A stretch of 64,000 nucleotides of DNA from an uncultured Actinomycetota bacterium (GTDB taxonomy: Bacteria > Actinomycetota > Actinomycetes > JAFAQI01): assembly GCA_963770565.1 (NCBI GenBank), contig CAVYQE010000001.1, positions 1,280,001 to 1,344,000 on the forward strand. Reading direction: 5' to 3'. Made by a program: the position numbers and the translations under genes. Below, piece by piece: positions 14,007 to 23,226 of the stretch. Below the pieces are notes generated by a model. It was not told the origin of the DNA. It ran no database searches and saw nothing but the letters and a program-made list of their open reading frames with translations. The first letter of the stretch is position 1; the number at the start of each line of letters is the position of its first letter.

Positions 14007-14348
14007 TTACACGTCGTCGAGGTCGAACGATCCGCCGCCGGTCGCTGCTGCGCCGCCGGCCGGAGCCGCTCCGCCGCCGGCGGTAGGAGCTGCCGGGGGC
14101 GCGGCCGCTGCCGCCGCAGCAGCGTCGGCCGCGTGCGTGTCGAGGGCCGCGACCGCGGCGCTCACGGCTTCTGCTGAGCCGCCGGAGCGCTGCTGGGCGT
14201 AGTAGGCGGCACCGAGCTCGCGTAGCAGCGCGTCGTGCGACTTCGCCGACTGCATCTCGTTGATCTTCGTCTGGCCTTGCTGGACGCCTTGCTGCGCCTT
14301 GACCATCGCCTGCTCGGCCTGTGCCTTGACCTTGTCCATGAAGCTCAT
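14007..14348 (-). CDS. Small hypothetical protein (amphipathic N-terminus, coiled coil, Ala/Gly/Pro tail)
   Basis: MSFMDKVKAQAEQ...SFDLDDV; AAGGGAG RBS; follows the AIM24 gene. Confidence 0.8.
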   Translation of the reverse strand: MSFMDKVKAQAEQAMVKAQQGVQQGQTKINEMQSAKSHDALLRELGAAYYAQQRSGGSAEAVSAAVAALDTHAADAAAAAAAAPPAAPTAGGGAAPAGGAAATGGGSFDLDDV

Positions 14349-14383
14349 GTCGTGCGTCTCCCTTTTCGCGGTGCGGGTGTTGG

Positions 14384-15169
14384 TTACAGGCCGATGCCCG
14401 ACAGCGGGCCCTTGCGGTCGTTGCCAGGAGCGTCCATGACGCGGCGCAACGCCTCGCCGAGTGAGTGAATCGACGTCGACTGCAAGATCACCGATCCCTC
14501 GCCGCGGAAGGTGGCGAGGTTGATCCCCTCGCCGCCGAACATCGCGGTCATCGCGGTCTGGGCGTTCAAGCCGCCGACCCGCTCGATCGTGTACTGCACG
14601 GTGTCGGAGAACGCGACCACGTTGCCGGTCTCGGCCTGGATGGTGCCGCCGTACTTGGCCGGGTTGAGCTCGATGAAGTTGCCGGCTGCCGCGACGAACA
14701 GCGTCCCCGCGCCGGTGAACTTCTGCAGCACGAACCCCTCGTGTCCGCGCAGGCCCATCCGCAGACCGGTGAACGCGATGTCGAAGTTGATCGTCGACTC
14801 CGCCGCGATCATCGAGCCGCGCTCGGCGAACCATCCGGTCGAGCCGTCGAGCTCGATCGCGCGCAGCTCGCCGGGGATCGTGCCGGCCAGCGTGACCAGG
14901 CCGTTTCCACCCTCTGCGTGGTAGTACTGGAACGCCAATCCCTCGCCGGCGAGCACCCGCTTGCCGACGTCCATGGCCTTGGCCAGGAAGCCACCAGCCG
15001 CGGCCGGTGCGCCGGCCTGGTTGTTCTGCGGCTGGGTCAGCCGGGTCTCGAGGGCGACGTTCGCGGTCTTCCAGCGGAATGTCCCGCGGTCGCCGTACAC
15101 GGTCTGTCCGGGCTCGAGCTGGATGATGGCCATCTGGTTGGCCGTGCCGACAATCTTGTGCGCAAGCAT
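14384..15169 (-). CDS. AIM24-family protein
   Basis: KRVLAGEGL, GHEGFVLQKFTGAGTLF, FGGEGINLATFRGEGSVILQS. Confidence 0.85.
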   Translation of the reverse strand: MLAHKIVGTANQMAIIQLEPGQTVYGDRGTFRWKTANVALETRLTQPQNNQAGAPAAAGGFLAKAMDVGKRVLAGEGLAFQYYHAEGGNGLVTLAGTIPGELRAIELDGSTGWFAERGSMIAAESTINFDIAFTGLRMGLRGHEGFVLQKFTGAGTLFVAAAGNFIELNPAKYGGTIQAETGNVVAFSDTVQYTIERVGGLNAQTAMTAMFGGEGINLATFRGEGSVILQSTSIHSLGEALRRVMDAPGNDRKGPLSGIGL

Positions 15170-15251
15170 TGATCTCCCACCCAATCGATGTGACCTGCGC
15201 GGACCCTACTCTGGCCGGGTGCGTCCCGCCATCGCCGGGTACGGTGCCTGG

Positions 15252-15779
15252 ATGGGAGCTCTGCCCCATTTCGACTGCGGGGCGCTGTTCAGCGCGCTGG
15301 ACGCCCAACGTCGTGAGCGCGGCCTGGGGTGGTTCGAGCTCGCCGACGAGCTCTGGGAGCAGTCGGCCGACCTCAACGCGCGACGAACGGACCATCCGCT
15401 TTGCGGGGGAGCGGTCGCGAGGCTGCAGACCCGAGGCGCCACGTCCTGCCAATACGCGCTGTTCATGTTGCGCTGGCTCCAGCGGGCGCCCGAGGACTTC
15501 CTGGCCGGCCCCGTCGTCGAGGTCGGTGACGTGCGGTTGCCCGTGGCGGGGCCCGACCACCGGCTGCGCTGGGACTTGGGCCAGCTGCACGCAGCGCTCA
15601 ACCAGCAACGTGGCGAGCGGGGCCTGACCTGGTCGGAGCTCGGGCGAGAGATTGACTGCACGCCCGGCAGGTTGACCAACCTGCGCACCGCCCGCCTGGC
15701 GGACATGGACCTCGCGATGCGCGTGACCCAGTGGCTCGCCCAGCCGGCCGCGGTATTCATCCACCCAGCCACGTGGTGA
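15252..15779 (+). CDS. Hypothetical protein with two tandem XRE/Cro-like HTH modules
   Basis: ALDAQRRERGLGWFELADE and ALNQQRGERGLTWSELGRE repeats; TACGGT 6 nt before ATG. Confidence 0.72.
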   Translation: MGALPHFDCGALFSALDAQRRERGLGWFELADELWEQSADLNARRTDHPLCGGAVARLQTRGATSCQYALFMLRWLQRAPEDFLAGPVVEVGDVRLPVAGPDHRLRWDLGQLHAALNQQRGERGLTWSELGREIDCTPGRLTNLRTARLADMDLAMRVTQWLAQPAAVFIHPATW

Positions 15780-15902
15780 GCGGATGCCTCCGGGTTGAGT
15801 CAGTTGAGCAGGAATCGAGAAGCGCGCGGGCGATCACCGGCCTAACCTCTAGTCGACCGACAAGACGCAACGCGGGAAGCCGCGGATCGAAAGGCGAGTG
15901 AC

Positions 15903-16352
15903 GTGCCTCCGAAGCAAACCTCTACCGGATCCGGCGGCTTCAGCGCTGAGGAACGCGCCGCGATGAAGGCCCGCGCGGCCGAGCTTCGCGCCGAAGGCAG
16001 GAAAGGCGCCAAGAAGGCAGACGAGATGCAGGCGACCCTCGATGCGATCGCGAAGATGGTGCCGGATGATCGCGCGCTTGCCGAACGAGTCCATGCGGCA
16101 GTGACTACTACTGCGCCGCAACTGTCGCCGAAGACGTGGTACGGGATGCCCGCCTACGCCAATGCGGACGGCAAGGTCGTCATCTACTTTCGCGACGCGG
16201 GCAAGTTCAAGGAGCGTTACTCCAATCTGGGCTTCAACGACGTGGCCACCCTCGATGACGGGGACATGTGGCCGATCATGTTCGCGCTTCGCAACTGGTC
16301 CCCGGCGGTGGAGAAGCGCGTTGTGCAACTGGTGAAGGCCGCCCTGTCCTGA
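15903..16352 (+). CDS. DUF1801/YdhG-like protein
   Basis: GFSAEERAAMKARAAEL, PKTWYGMPAYA, KFKERYSNLGF. Confidence 0.85.
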   Translation: MPPKQTSTGSGGFSAEERAAMKARAAELRAEGRKGAKKADEMQATLDAIAKMVPDDRALAERVHAAVTTTAPQLSPKTWYGMPAYANADGKVVIYFRDAGKFKERYSNLGFNDVATLDDGDMWPIMFALRNWSPAVEKRVVQLVKAALS

Positions 16353-16383
16353 ACCGAGCGCAGCAGAACGCCGCCTCGTGCGG

Positions 16384-17196
16384 TCAGTCGCTCAGCGTGC
16401 GGGTGTCGGCGCTGACAACGAGAGCCGCCATGCGCCCGACGACCGGGCCCGGCCCGAACTCGCGTTCCAGCGCGGCCGCGACCGCCCGGGTCGTCGCCTC
16501 AAGGTCGCCGCGGCCCTCGATCTCGGCGCGCAGAGGCGTGCCTCGGCAGTACCCGCGCGCGAGGTCGGCGGTGCTCCTCCCGGTGCAGCGGAGCTCGACC
16601 GTCTCGACATGTACGTCGCCGAAGCCCGCCGTGGCCAGGTCGGCGGCGACGAGGTCCGCGTCGTGGTAGCCGTGCGGCACTCGGGCGAGAAAGCTCGGCG
16701 GATCGTCGGGAAAGCTCTCGGCGAGCGCTGCCATGACGGCCGCCTCAACATCGTGGGTGGCAAGCGGGCCCCAGCAGTTGAACAGAAAGTGCCCATCGGG
16801 CCTGAGCACTCGTGCGACCTCGGCGTACGCGGCCGGCCGGTCGGGGAAGAACATGACCCCGAACTGGCAGGCGACGAGGTCGAACGTCGCATCGCCGAAC
16901 GGCAGCTCCATCGCGTCGGCCTGCCGCCAGGTCGCCGCCGGTACCTGCGCGGATCCGACGTCGACCATCGCGACGTTGAGGTCGGTCGCGGTGACGTGCG
17001 CCCCGGGCAGGCTCGCGATCATGGCCCGGGTGAGCACGCCCGTGCCAGCCGCAAGTTCGAGCACAAGCCGTGGTTGGTGGCCGGCCACCCTCGCAGCGAG
17101 GTCGTCGGCGTACGGCTGGAAAACGGCGGGGACCAGGTACTCGTCGTACGCCGTAGACATGTCCTCAGCCCACGTGCGACTCGCCTCGTCAGGCAC
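16384..17196 (-). CDS. Class I SAM-dependent methyltransferase
   Basis: VLELAAGTGV, ADAMELPF, CQFGVMFFPD; TAGGTT 6 nt before GTG. Confidence 0.88.
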   Translation of the reverse strand: MPDEASRTWAEDMSTAYDEYLVPAVFQPYADDLAARVAGHQPRLVLELAAGTGVLTRAMIASLPGAHVTATDLNVAMVDVGSAQVPAATWRQADAMELPFGDATFDLVACQFGVMFFPDRPAAYAEVARVLRPDGHFLFNCWGPLATHDVEAAVMAALAESFPDDPPSFLARVPHGYHDADLVAADLATAGFGDVHVETVELRCTGRSTADLARGYCRGTPLRAEIEGRGDLEATTRAVAAALEREFGPGPVVGRMAALVVSADTRTLSD

Positions 17197-17242
17197 CCCC
17201 CGAACCTAGTGCCAACCCGATCTTCACCTGGACACTTGCGTC

Positions 17243-17311
17243 CTGATCTTCGCGCTCGCGACCACTCTTACGGCGTGTTGAGCGAAAAGTGGTCACGAAG
17301 GCGAAGATCAG
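17243..17311. repeat. 69-bp imperfect inverted repeat between divergent methyltransferase and nucS
   Basis: CTGATCTTCGC/GCGAAGATCAG perfect 11 bp, extending to a 27-position stem with 4 mismatches. Confidence 0.8.
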
Positions 17312-17342
17312 CGGGGGAACGGTCATCCCGTAGGTTGGCGCG

Positions 17343-18002
17343 GTGCGGTTGGTGATTGCGCGGTGCAGCGTCGACTACGTAGGCCGGTTGACTGCGCATC
17401 TCCCGAGTGCGACCCGGCTCCTCCTGGTCAAAGCCGACGGCAGCGTGTCGGTGCATGCCGACGGCGGCGCCTACAAGCCGCTGAACTGGATGAGCCCGCC
17501 GTGCACCCTGCGTGAAGAGCCCGGCCAGTGGACCGTCATCAACAAAGCGGGCGAGGAGCTGCGGATCACGATCGAGGAGATCGTGTCCGAGGTCAGCGCC
17601 GAGCTGGGCATCGATCCGGGCCTGGTGAAGGACGGCGTCGAGGCGCACCTGCAGATCCTGCTGGCCGAGCACTGCGAGGCGATCGGCGAGGGCCTCCGCC
17701 TGGTACGCCGCGAATACCCGACCGACATCGGTCCGGTCGACCTGCTCTGCCGGGATGCGGCGGGGCAGTCGGTCGCGGTCGAGATCAAGCGGCGCGGCGA
17801 GATCGACGGGGTGGAGCAGCTCACCCGTTATCTCGAGCGGCTCGACCGGGATCCGTTGCTCCGGCCGGTTCGCGGCGTACTGGCCGCACAGGAGATCAAG
17901 CCGCAGGCCCGGGTCCTGGCCGAGGCGCGTGGGATCGACTGCGTTGTGGTCGACTACGACGAGCTGCGCGGCATCGAGCCGTCCGTGCCGCGGCTGTTCT
18001 GA
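17343..18002 (+). CDS. nucS: Mismatch-specific endonuclease NucS/EndoMS
   Basis: [44 protein letters not shown]. Confidence 0.96.
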   Translation: MRLVIARCSVDYVGRLTAHLPSATRLLLVKADGSVSVHADGGAYKPLNWMSPPCTLREEPGQWTVINKAGEELRITIEEIVSEVSAELGIDPGLVKDGVEAHLQILLAEHCEAIGEGLRLVRREYPTDIGPVDLLCRDAAGQSVAVEIKRRGEIDGVEQLTRYLERLDRDPLLRPVRGVLAAQEIKPQARVLAEARGIDCVVVDYDELRGIEPSVPRLF

Positions 18003-18031
18003 GCCCGTCCGCGATGGGCGAGACTGGACCC

Positions 18032-19607
18032 ATGGCGATCGGGACCGTGGGCGTGGTCGGGCTGGGCACGATGGGCGCCGGCATCGTCGAGGTGTTCGCC
18101 CGAGCCGGTCTCGACGTCGTGGCCGTCGAGATCGACGAGCCGCTGCTGGCGGCCGGCCGGACCCGGCTCGAGACCTCGCTCGGCCGCGCCGTCGAGCGCG
18201 GCCGGATCGAGCCGGCCGACCGCGACGCCTACCTCGGCCGGGTGGGTTTCACCACCGACCGCGAGGCGCTGGCGGCCGCGGACCTGGTGATCGAAGCGGT
18301 GCCTGAGCGACTCGAGGTCAAGGCGGCGCTGTTCGCCGACCTCGACGGGATCTGCCCGGCATCGACGGTGCTGGCGACCAACACCTCCTCGCTGCCGGTC
18401 ACCCAGATCGCGGCGTCCAGCGGGCGGCCGGACCGGGTCATCGGCATGCACTTCTTCAACCCGGCGCCGGTCATGCGCCTGGTCGAGGTGGTGCACACCG
18501 TGCTCACTGCACCGGCCGTCATCGACTCCGTCCGCGAACTCGCGGAGAAGTGCGGCAAGACGCCGGTGGTCGTCGGTGACCGGGCCGGGTTCGTCGCCAA
18601 CGCGCTGCTGTTCGGCTACCTCAACGACGCCGCTCGGGCCGCCGAGACCGGTCAGGCCGCGGTCGCCGACATCGACGCGGCGATCGTCGCGTCGACCGGC
18701 CTGCCGATGGGCCCGCTTGACCCTGCTCGACCTGATCGGCCTCGATGTCTCACTCGACGTTCTCGAGACGATGTTCGAGGAGACCCGCGACCAGCGGTAC
18801 GCCGCTGCGCCGCTGCTCCGCCGGATGGTCATGGCCGGGCAGCTCGGTCGCAAGTCCGGCCGCGGCTACTACTCCTACGACGTCAAGCCGCCTCAGGCCA
18901 CGATCCCCGCGCCGGCCTTCGCGGTCGGTAAACCGGTGCCGGTCCCACGGGTGGTCGTCGTGGTGGGCAGCGCGAAGTCGGGTGTGGTCGCTGCGATCCC
19001 GGACCTGGCCGTCGTACCGATCGAGGACATCGGTATTGCCGACGTCGTGATCGTCGACGGCCATTCGCGGAGTGGCTCGGCCGAGCTGGCCGCCCGGGTC
19101 GGCCGGCTCGCCAAGCCGGGTGCGGTCATCGCGATCGCGACGACGGACGAAGCGCCGGTCGGCACGATGGCCGGCGGGACCGGCCGGATCGCCGACGTGG
19201 TCGGCCTGCACCTGCCGCTCGCACCGAAGCCCGGTGTGGTCGAAGTCGTGGCGACCCGGCACTCGTCGCCCGACGCGGTCGCGACCGTCGTCGAGGCAGT
19301 CCGCGCCGCCGGACTGACCGCGGTGTCCTGCCGCGACCGGCCGGGCCACCTGGTCGACCAGATCGTGCTGCCGCATCTCGGCGATGCGGTCCGGATGGTC
19401 GACGACGGCTACGCAACCGTTGCCGACGTCGAGGCCGCGATGACACTGGGCTGCGGCTACCCGGTCGGGCCGTTCGCGATGCTCGACGCGGTCGGCGCCG
19501 ACGAGCTGCGATCAAGGCTGCTGCACCTGGCGGCGGCCACCCATCTCGCCTCGCTGGCACCGGTGCCTCTGCTCGACGAACTCGCGGCGTTCGGGCCGGG
19601 GGAGTAG
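18032..19607 (+). CDS. 3-hydroxyacyl-CoA dehydrogenase with degenerate duplicated second half; +1 frameshift at ~18716
   Basis: GVVGLGTMGAG, ATNTSSL, GMHFFNP; removing one base restores PMGPLTLLDLIG; C-terminal GCGYPVGP. Confidence 0.88.
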
Positions 19608-19613
19608 GCATTC

Positions 19614-19919
19614 GTGAGTCCGCGACGTGCGCGCCGCCGCGACGACGTACCGGCACCGCTGCGCACCCGCGGAGTGGCGATGACCGAGTCGCATCCGGAC
19701 GGCGAGTGGGTGGTCCGACCGGTGCCGGCCGAGAACGCCGGCAAGAGCTACCGCTGCCCGGGGTGCGACCAGGAGATCCGGCCGAGCCTGCCGCACGTGG
19801 TCGCATGGCGACCCGGCGCCGAGGGCGACCGGCGGCACTGGCACACGCCCTGCTGGAACGCGCGGATGCGCCGCGGGGTCAACGTGCAGCGCTCGCGCAA
19901 CGCCCCTCGACACGGCTGA
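19614..19919 (+). CDS. Conserved actinobacterial small Zn-ribbon-like protein
   Basis: YRCPGCDQEI, HVVAW, RRHWHTPCW; typical neighbour of nucS. Confidence 0.8.
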   Translation: MSPRRARRRDDVPAPLRTRGVAMTESHPDGEWVVRPVPAENAGKSYRCPGCDQEIRPSLPHVVAWRPGAEGDRRHWHTPCWNARMRRGVNVQRSRNAPRHG

Positions 19920-19931
19920 GACACTGGCCAG

Positions 19932-20165
19932 GTGGCTGAGCTCGGTCCCTGGATGATCACCGCCCGCACTCGCGAGCAGGCGGAGTACGTCGTACGCTCG
20001 CGGGCCGAGCAACGCGGTGTGCACGTCACCGAACTCGAGGTGTCCGGGGGCGACAACGGCATGTGGGCGGTGCGCGTGGTGGTGACCGATCCGAGTGAGG
20101 TTGCCGAGGCGGCCCGGCTCGGCGACGACACCGGCGTCATCCACCTGCCTCCGCGGGCCGACTAA
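19932..20165 (+). CDS. Small hypothetical protein
   Basis: 77-aa ORF with GC3-rich codons, 12 nt after the previous stop. Confidence 0.55.
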   Translation: MAELGPWMITARTREQAEYVVRSRAEQRGVHVTELEVSGGDNGMWAVRVVVTDPSEVAEAARLGDDTGVIHLPPRAD

Positions 20166-20239
20166 CTCCACTCACCGATTTGCGACGCGGGCATCGGGCC
20201 GTTCCGCAGCCCGACCGATGCCCGGGTGCGTTGGTTCAG

Positions 20240-20340
20240 CCCGGTGGATCGGTCCGACTGCTCCGCGCCCCTGGTGTTGATCGCCGAACCCCGCTGCGCT
20301 CAACACACGGGGCGCTCCGCAGCCTAACCGATCCACCGGG
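20240..20340. repeat. Structured intergenic repeat, copy 1
   Basis: 14-bp terminal IR CCCGGTGGATCGGT/ACCGATCCACCGGG; core homologous to 28305-28399. Confidence 0.88.
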
Positions 20341-20841
20341 TTAGGTGCGAACTACCTCGAGCTGGGGGCTGGCCGCGAGGGTCTGGAACACGACGCAGTA
20401 GCGCCGGGTGGTCTCGATCAGGGCGTCGATGTCTTCGCTCGGCGCGGGCGAGTCGAGATCGAAAATCAGCCGGATCGCCGTGAACCCCACCGGAGCGTCC
20501 CGGTCGACGCCGAGCGTGCCGCGGAAGTCCAGGTCGCCCTCGGCCCGCACCGTGCCACTCACCTCGAGGCCGCGGTTGATCGCGACCGCGCGCAAGGTCA
20601 CGCCGGCGCACGCCACCAGGGCTTCCAGCAGCATGTCGCCGGAGCAGGCCAAGGAACCGTCGCCGCCGGTGGCCGGGTGCAGACCGGCCTCGACCAGGGC
20701 CCGGCCGGTCTGCACCGAGCACGAGACCTCGGTGTCGGCGAGCGAACCCTCGGCGCGCAGTGTCACCACTGCGCTGCCGGGGTCCGCTCGGTACTGCTGT
20801 TTGAGCGGTTGCTGCCGCTCGCGGAGCTGGGCTGAATCCAC
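20341..20841 (-). CDS. OsmC/Ohr-family protein
   Basis: AGLHPATGG, SGDMLLEALVACAG, EGDLDFRGTLG, RYCVVFQTL. Confidence 0.88.
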   Translation of the reverse strand: MDSAQLRERQQPLKQQYRADPGSAVVTLRAEGSLADTEVSCSVQTGRALVEAGLHPATGGDGSLACSGDMLLEALVACAGVTLRAVAINRGLEVSGTVRAEGDLDFRGTLGVDRDAPVGFTAIRLIFDLDSPAPSEDIDALIETTRRYCVVFQTLAASPQLEVVRT

Positions 20842-20844
20842 TGC

Positions 20845-21117
20845 TCAGTCGCCGGTTGCCGGGTCGATCTCGGTGGTGATCCGGGACACCTTGTTGGCCG
20901 GGAAGCCGCCACAGCGGGCGTGCTCGAGGACGATGTCCTCGTCCGGGGCGATGTAGACGCAGTAGAGCTTGTCGTCGGTCACGTAGCTGTGCAGCCAGTG
21001 GATGTCCGGACCCAGGTCCGAGATCACCTGGTTGGACTTCTGGCTGATCGATCGCAGGTCGTCGCCGGACAGGTTGCCGGCTCCTGGCAGCTCTCGCTCG
21101 ATCACGAACTTCGGCAT
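20845..21117 (-). CDS. DUF4242 (SCO4226-like) small protein
   Basis: MPKFVIERELPGAG, WLHSYVTDDKLYCVY, HARCGGFPA; GAGGGAG RBS. Confidence 0.85.
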   Translation of the reverse strand: MPKFVIERELPGAGNLSGDDLRSISQKSNQVISDLGPDIHWLHSYVTDDKLYCVYIAPDEDIVLEHARCGGFPANKVSRITTEIDPATGD

Positions 21118-21141
21118 GGGTCTCTCCCTCTCGTTGTGTTA

Positions 21142-21210
21142 ACGTACCGGTGGTACGTCACGTCCATACTGTTGGTAGGGAAGATTGCATACCGCTGGTA
21201 CGGAAGTCAA
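21142..21210. promoter_or_regulatory. Three TetR-type operators plus a minus-strand sigma70 promoter
   Basis: CGTACC-GGT-GGTACG (21143), CATACT-GTT-GGTAGG (21165), CATACC-GCT-GGTACG (21188); minus strand TTGACT-N17-CAATCT (21210-21182). Confidence 0.75.
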
Positions 21211-21220
21211 GAGCAAAGCC

Positions 21221-21814
21221 GTGGACAAACGGCTGGCCCAGGGTCTCGAGACGCGAGATGCGCTGGTCAGCGCCGCGCGCGAGCTGTTCGGCACCCAGGG
21301 GTACGCCGCCACCTCCACCGAGGAGATCGTCGAGCGCGCGGGGGTCACCAAGGGCGCGCTCTACCACCACTTCGCCGACAAGGAGCAGCTGTTCCGCTCG
21401 GTGTTCGAGCAGGTCCAGCACGAGGTGTCGGACCGGGCCGTCGTCGAGTTCCTCCAGCGCGACTCGTGGGAGGCGCTGGTCGCCGGCTGCCGGTTGTGGG
21501 TCGAGGCGCACGACGACCCGGGGGTTCGCCAAATCGTGCTGATCGACGCCCGCGGCGTACTGGGTTGGGAGACCGCCCGCTCGATCGAGACCCGCTTCAG
21601 CACGGTTGCGCTGAGGGGCGCGCTGCGCAAGGCGATGCATGCCGGCGTGATCGAGCGCCAGCCGCTGCGGCCGTTGGCGTTCATGCTGATCGGAGCGTTG
21701 AGCGAGGCCTGCCTTTACATGGCCGATGCCGACGACACCGCCGTCGCGCGGGCGGAGATCGGCGCGCTCATCGTCGCGCTGCTGTCCGGGATGAGGATCG
21801 TGGCGAGCGACTAG
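21221..21814 (+). CDS. TetR-family regulator
   Basis: ARELFGTQGY...EEIVERAGVTKGALYHHFADK. Confidence 0.93.
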   Translation: MDKRLAQGLETRDALVSAARELFGTQGYAATSTEEIVERAGVTKGALYHHFADKEQLFRSVFEQVQHEVSDRAVVEFLQRDSWEALVAGCRLWVEAHDDPGVRQIVLIDARGVLGWETARSIETRFSTVALRGALRKAMHAGVIERQPLRPLAFMLIGALSEACLYMADADDTAVARAEIGALIVALLSGMRIVASD

Positions 21815-21878
21815 CGGTCGCAGGGAGTTGGCAGCTTTCGTTCAGACTCGTTTCACCCGGCCGGGCAACGGTTGAGGC

Positions 21879-23219
21879 ATGAGCGACGACGTGTACGACG
21901 GCGACGGCGACGGCACCGAGATCCCCGGCCAGCAGCTGTTCGACCTCGACCCCGGCGCGACCGGAATCGGCGCTGGACGCCCGGCCCGGCGCAAGCGGGT
22001 GATCGCCGGCGGGGCGGTCCTGGTCACCGGCCTCGCGGTCGGCGGTTGGGGCCTGACCGATGCACTGGCAAATAACCGGGCCACCCATGGCTTCCCGCAG
22101 GTGGCCGGTCTCTCGGCGGCCAGCGCGGTCAGCGCGGACCGAGCCGCCTCGGCGGTCGACAACGCGGTGGTCGACATCGACGCGACCGATGGCTACAGCG
22201 GGCAGGAAGACGCCGGCACCGGAATGGTCATCACGTCCAACGGCGACATCCTCACCAACAATCACGTGGTCGCCGACGCGACCTCGGTCACCGTGACCTT
22301 CGTGTCCAGTGGCCGGTCGTACCGCGCGAAGGTGCTCGGCACCGATGCGGCCGACGACGTGGCCCTGCTCAAGGTGTCCGGGGTCTCCGGGCTCGCGACG
22401 ATCAATGCCGGCAATTCCGACTCGGTCACCACCGGCCTGGCGGTTGCGGCGGTCGGAAACGCCCTCGGCCGTTCCGGCACCCCGACCGTGACAACCGGCA
22501 CGATCACGGGAACCGGTCGCACCATCACCGCGTCCGACGGGGCCGGCTCGTCGAGCGAGCGGCTCACCGGCATGCTCGAAGTCGACGCCGATGTCGTCTC
22601 CGGCGACTCCGGCGGACCGCTGGTCGACTCGAGCGGCCAGGTGATCGGAATCGACACCGCGGCTTCGGGCAACGACTCCGGCGGTCAGGGCTTCGAGCCC
22701 AGCGCGATCACCGCGTCGAACGACGGCTACGCGATCCCGATCACGAAGGCGCTCTCGATCGCGCGCAAGATCGCGGCCGGCAAGGCCAGCTCGTCGATCG
22801 TCATCGGCACCCCCGGCTTCCTCGGCCTCGAGCTCGGCTCGCCGACGGCTGGCACGTCGCCCGGCGACAACGGCTTCGGTGGCAACGGCTTCGGTGGCAA
22901 CGGCTTCGGCTGGCCGGGCGGCTCATCGAGCGGCGAGGGGTTCGGGACGGCGTACTCCACGGCGAGCCCGACGGCGACGACCTCCACAAGCGGACTGACC
23001 GTCGTCGGTGTGGTGCAGAACAGCCCGGCGGCGACCGCCGGGATCGTCGCGGGCGACACGATCACCTCGCTGAACGGCACTGCCGTGACGACTGAGAAGG
23101 CCCTCACCGCGATCCTCGATCAGACCCACGGCGGAGACCGGGTGACGGTCGGCTGGACCGACTCGGCCGGCACGAGCCAGCACGCCACGGTCACCCTGAT
23201 CGACGGCCCGGCGGCCTGA
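21879..23219 (+). CDS. HtrA-like serine protease with PDZ domain
   Basis: TM helix, LTNNHVV, DDVALL, SGDSGGPL triad, C-terminal PDZ (SPAATAGI). Confidence 0.9.
   Translation: MSDDVYDGDGDGTEIPGQQLFDLDPGATGIGAGRPARRKRVIAGGAVLVTGLAVGGWGLTDALANNRATHGFPQVAGLSAASAVSADRAASAVDNAVVDIDATDGYSGQEDAGTGMVITSNGDILTNNHVVADATSVTVTFVSSGRSYRAKVLGTDAADDVALLKVSGVSGLATINAGNSDSVTTGLAVAAVGNALGRSGTPTVTTGTITGTGRTITASDGAGSSSERLTGMLEVDADVVSGDSGGPLVDSSGQVIGIDTAASGNDSGGQGFEPSAITASNDGYAIPITKALSIARKIAAGKASSSIVIGTPGFLGLELGSPTAGTSPGDNGFGGNGFGGNGFGWPGGSSSGEGFGTAYSTASPTATTSTSGLTVVGVVQNSPAATAGIVAGDTITSLNGTAVTTEKALTAILDQTHGGDRVTVGWTDSAGTSQHATVTLIDGPAA
22863..22907 (+). repeat. 15-bp tandem repeat x3 encoding G(D/G)NGF
   Basis: GGCGACAACGGCTTC GGTGGCAACGGCTTC GGTGGCAACGGCTTC. 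Confidence 0.9.
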
Positions 23220-23226
23220 GCCGCGC

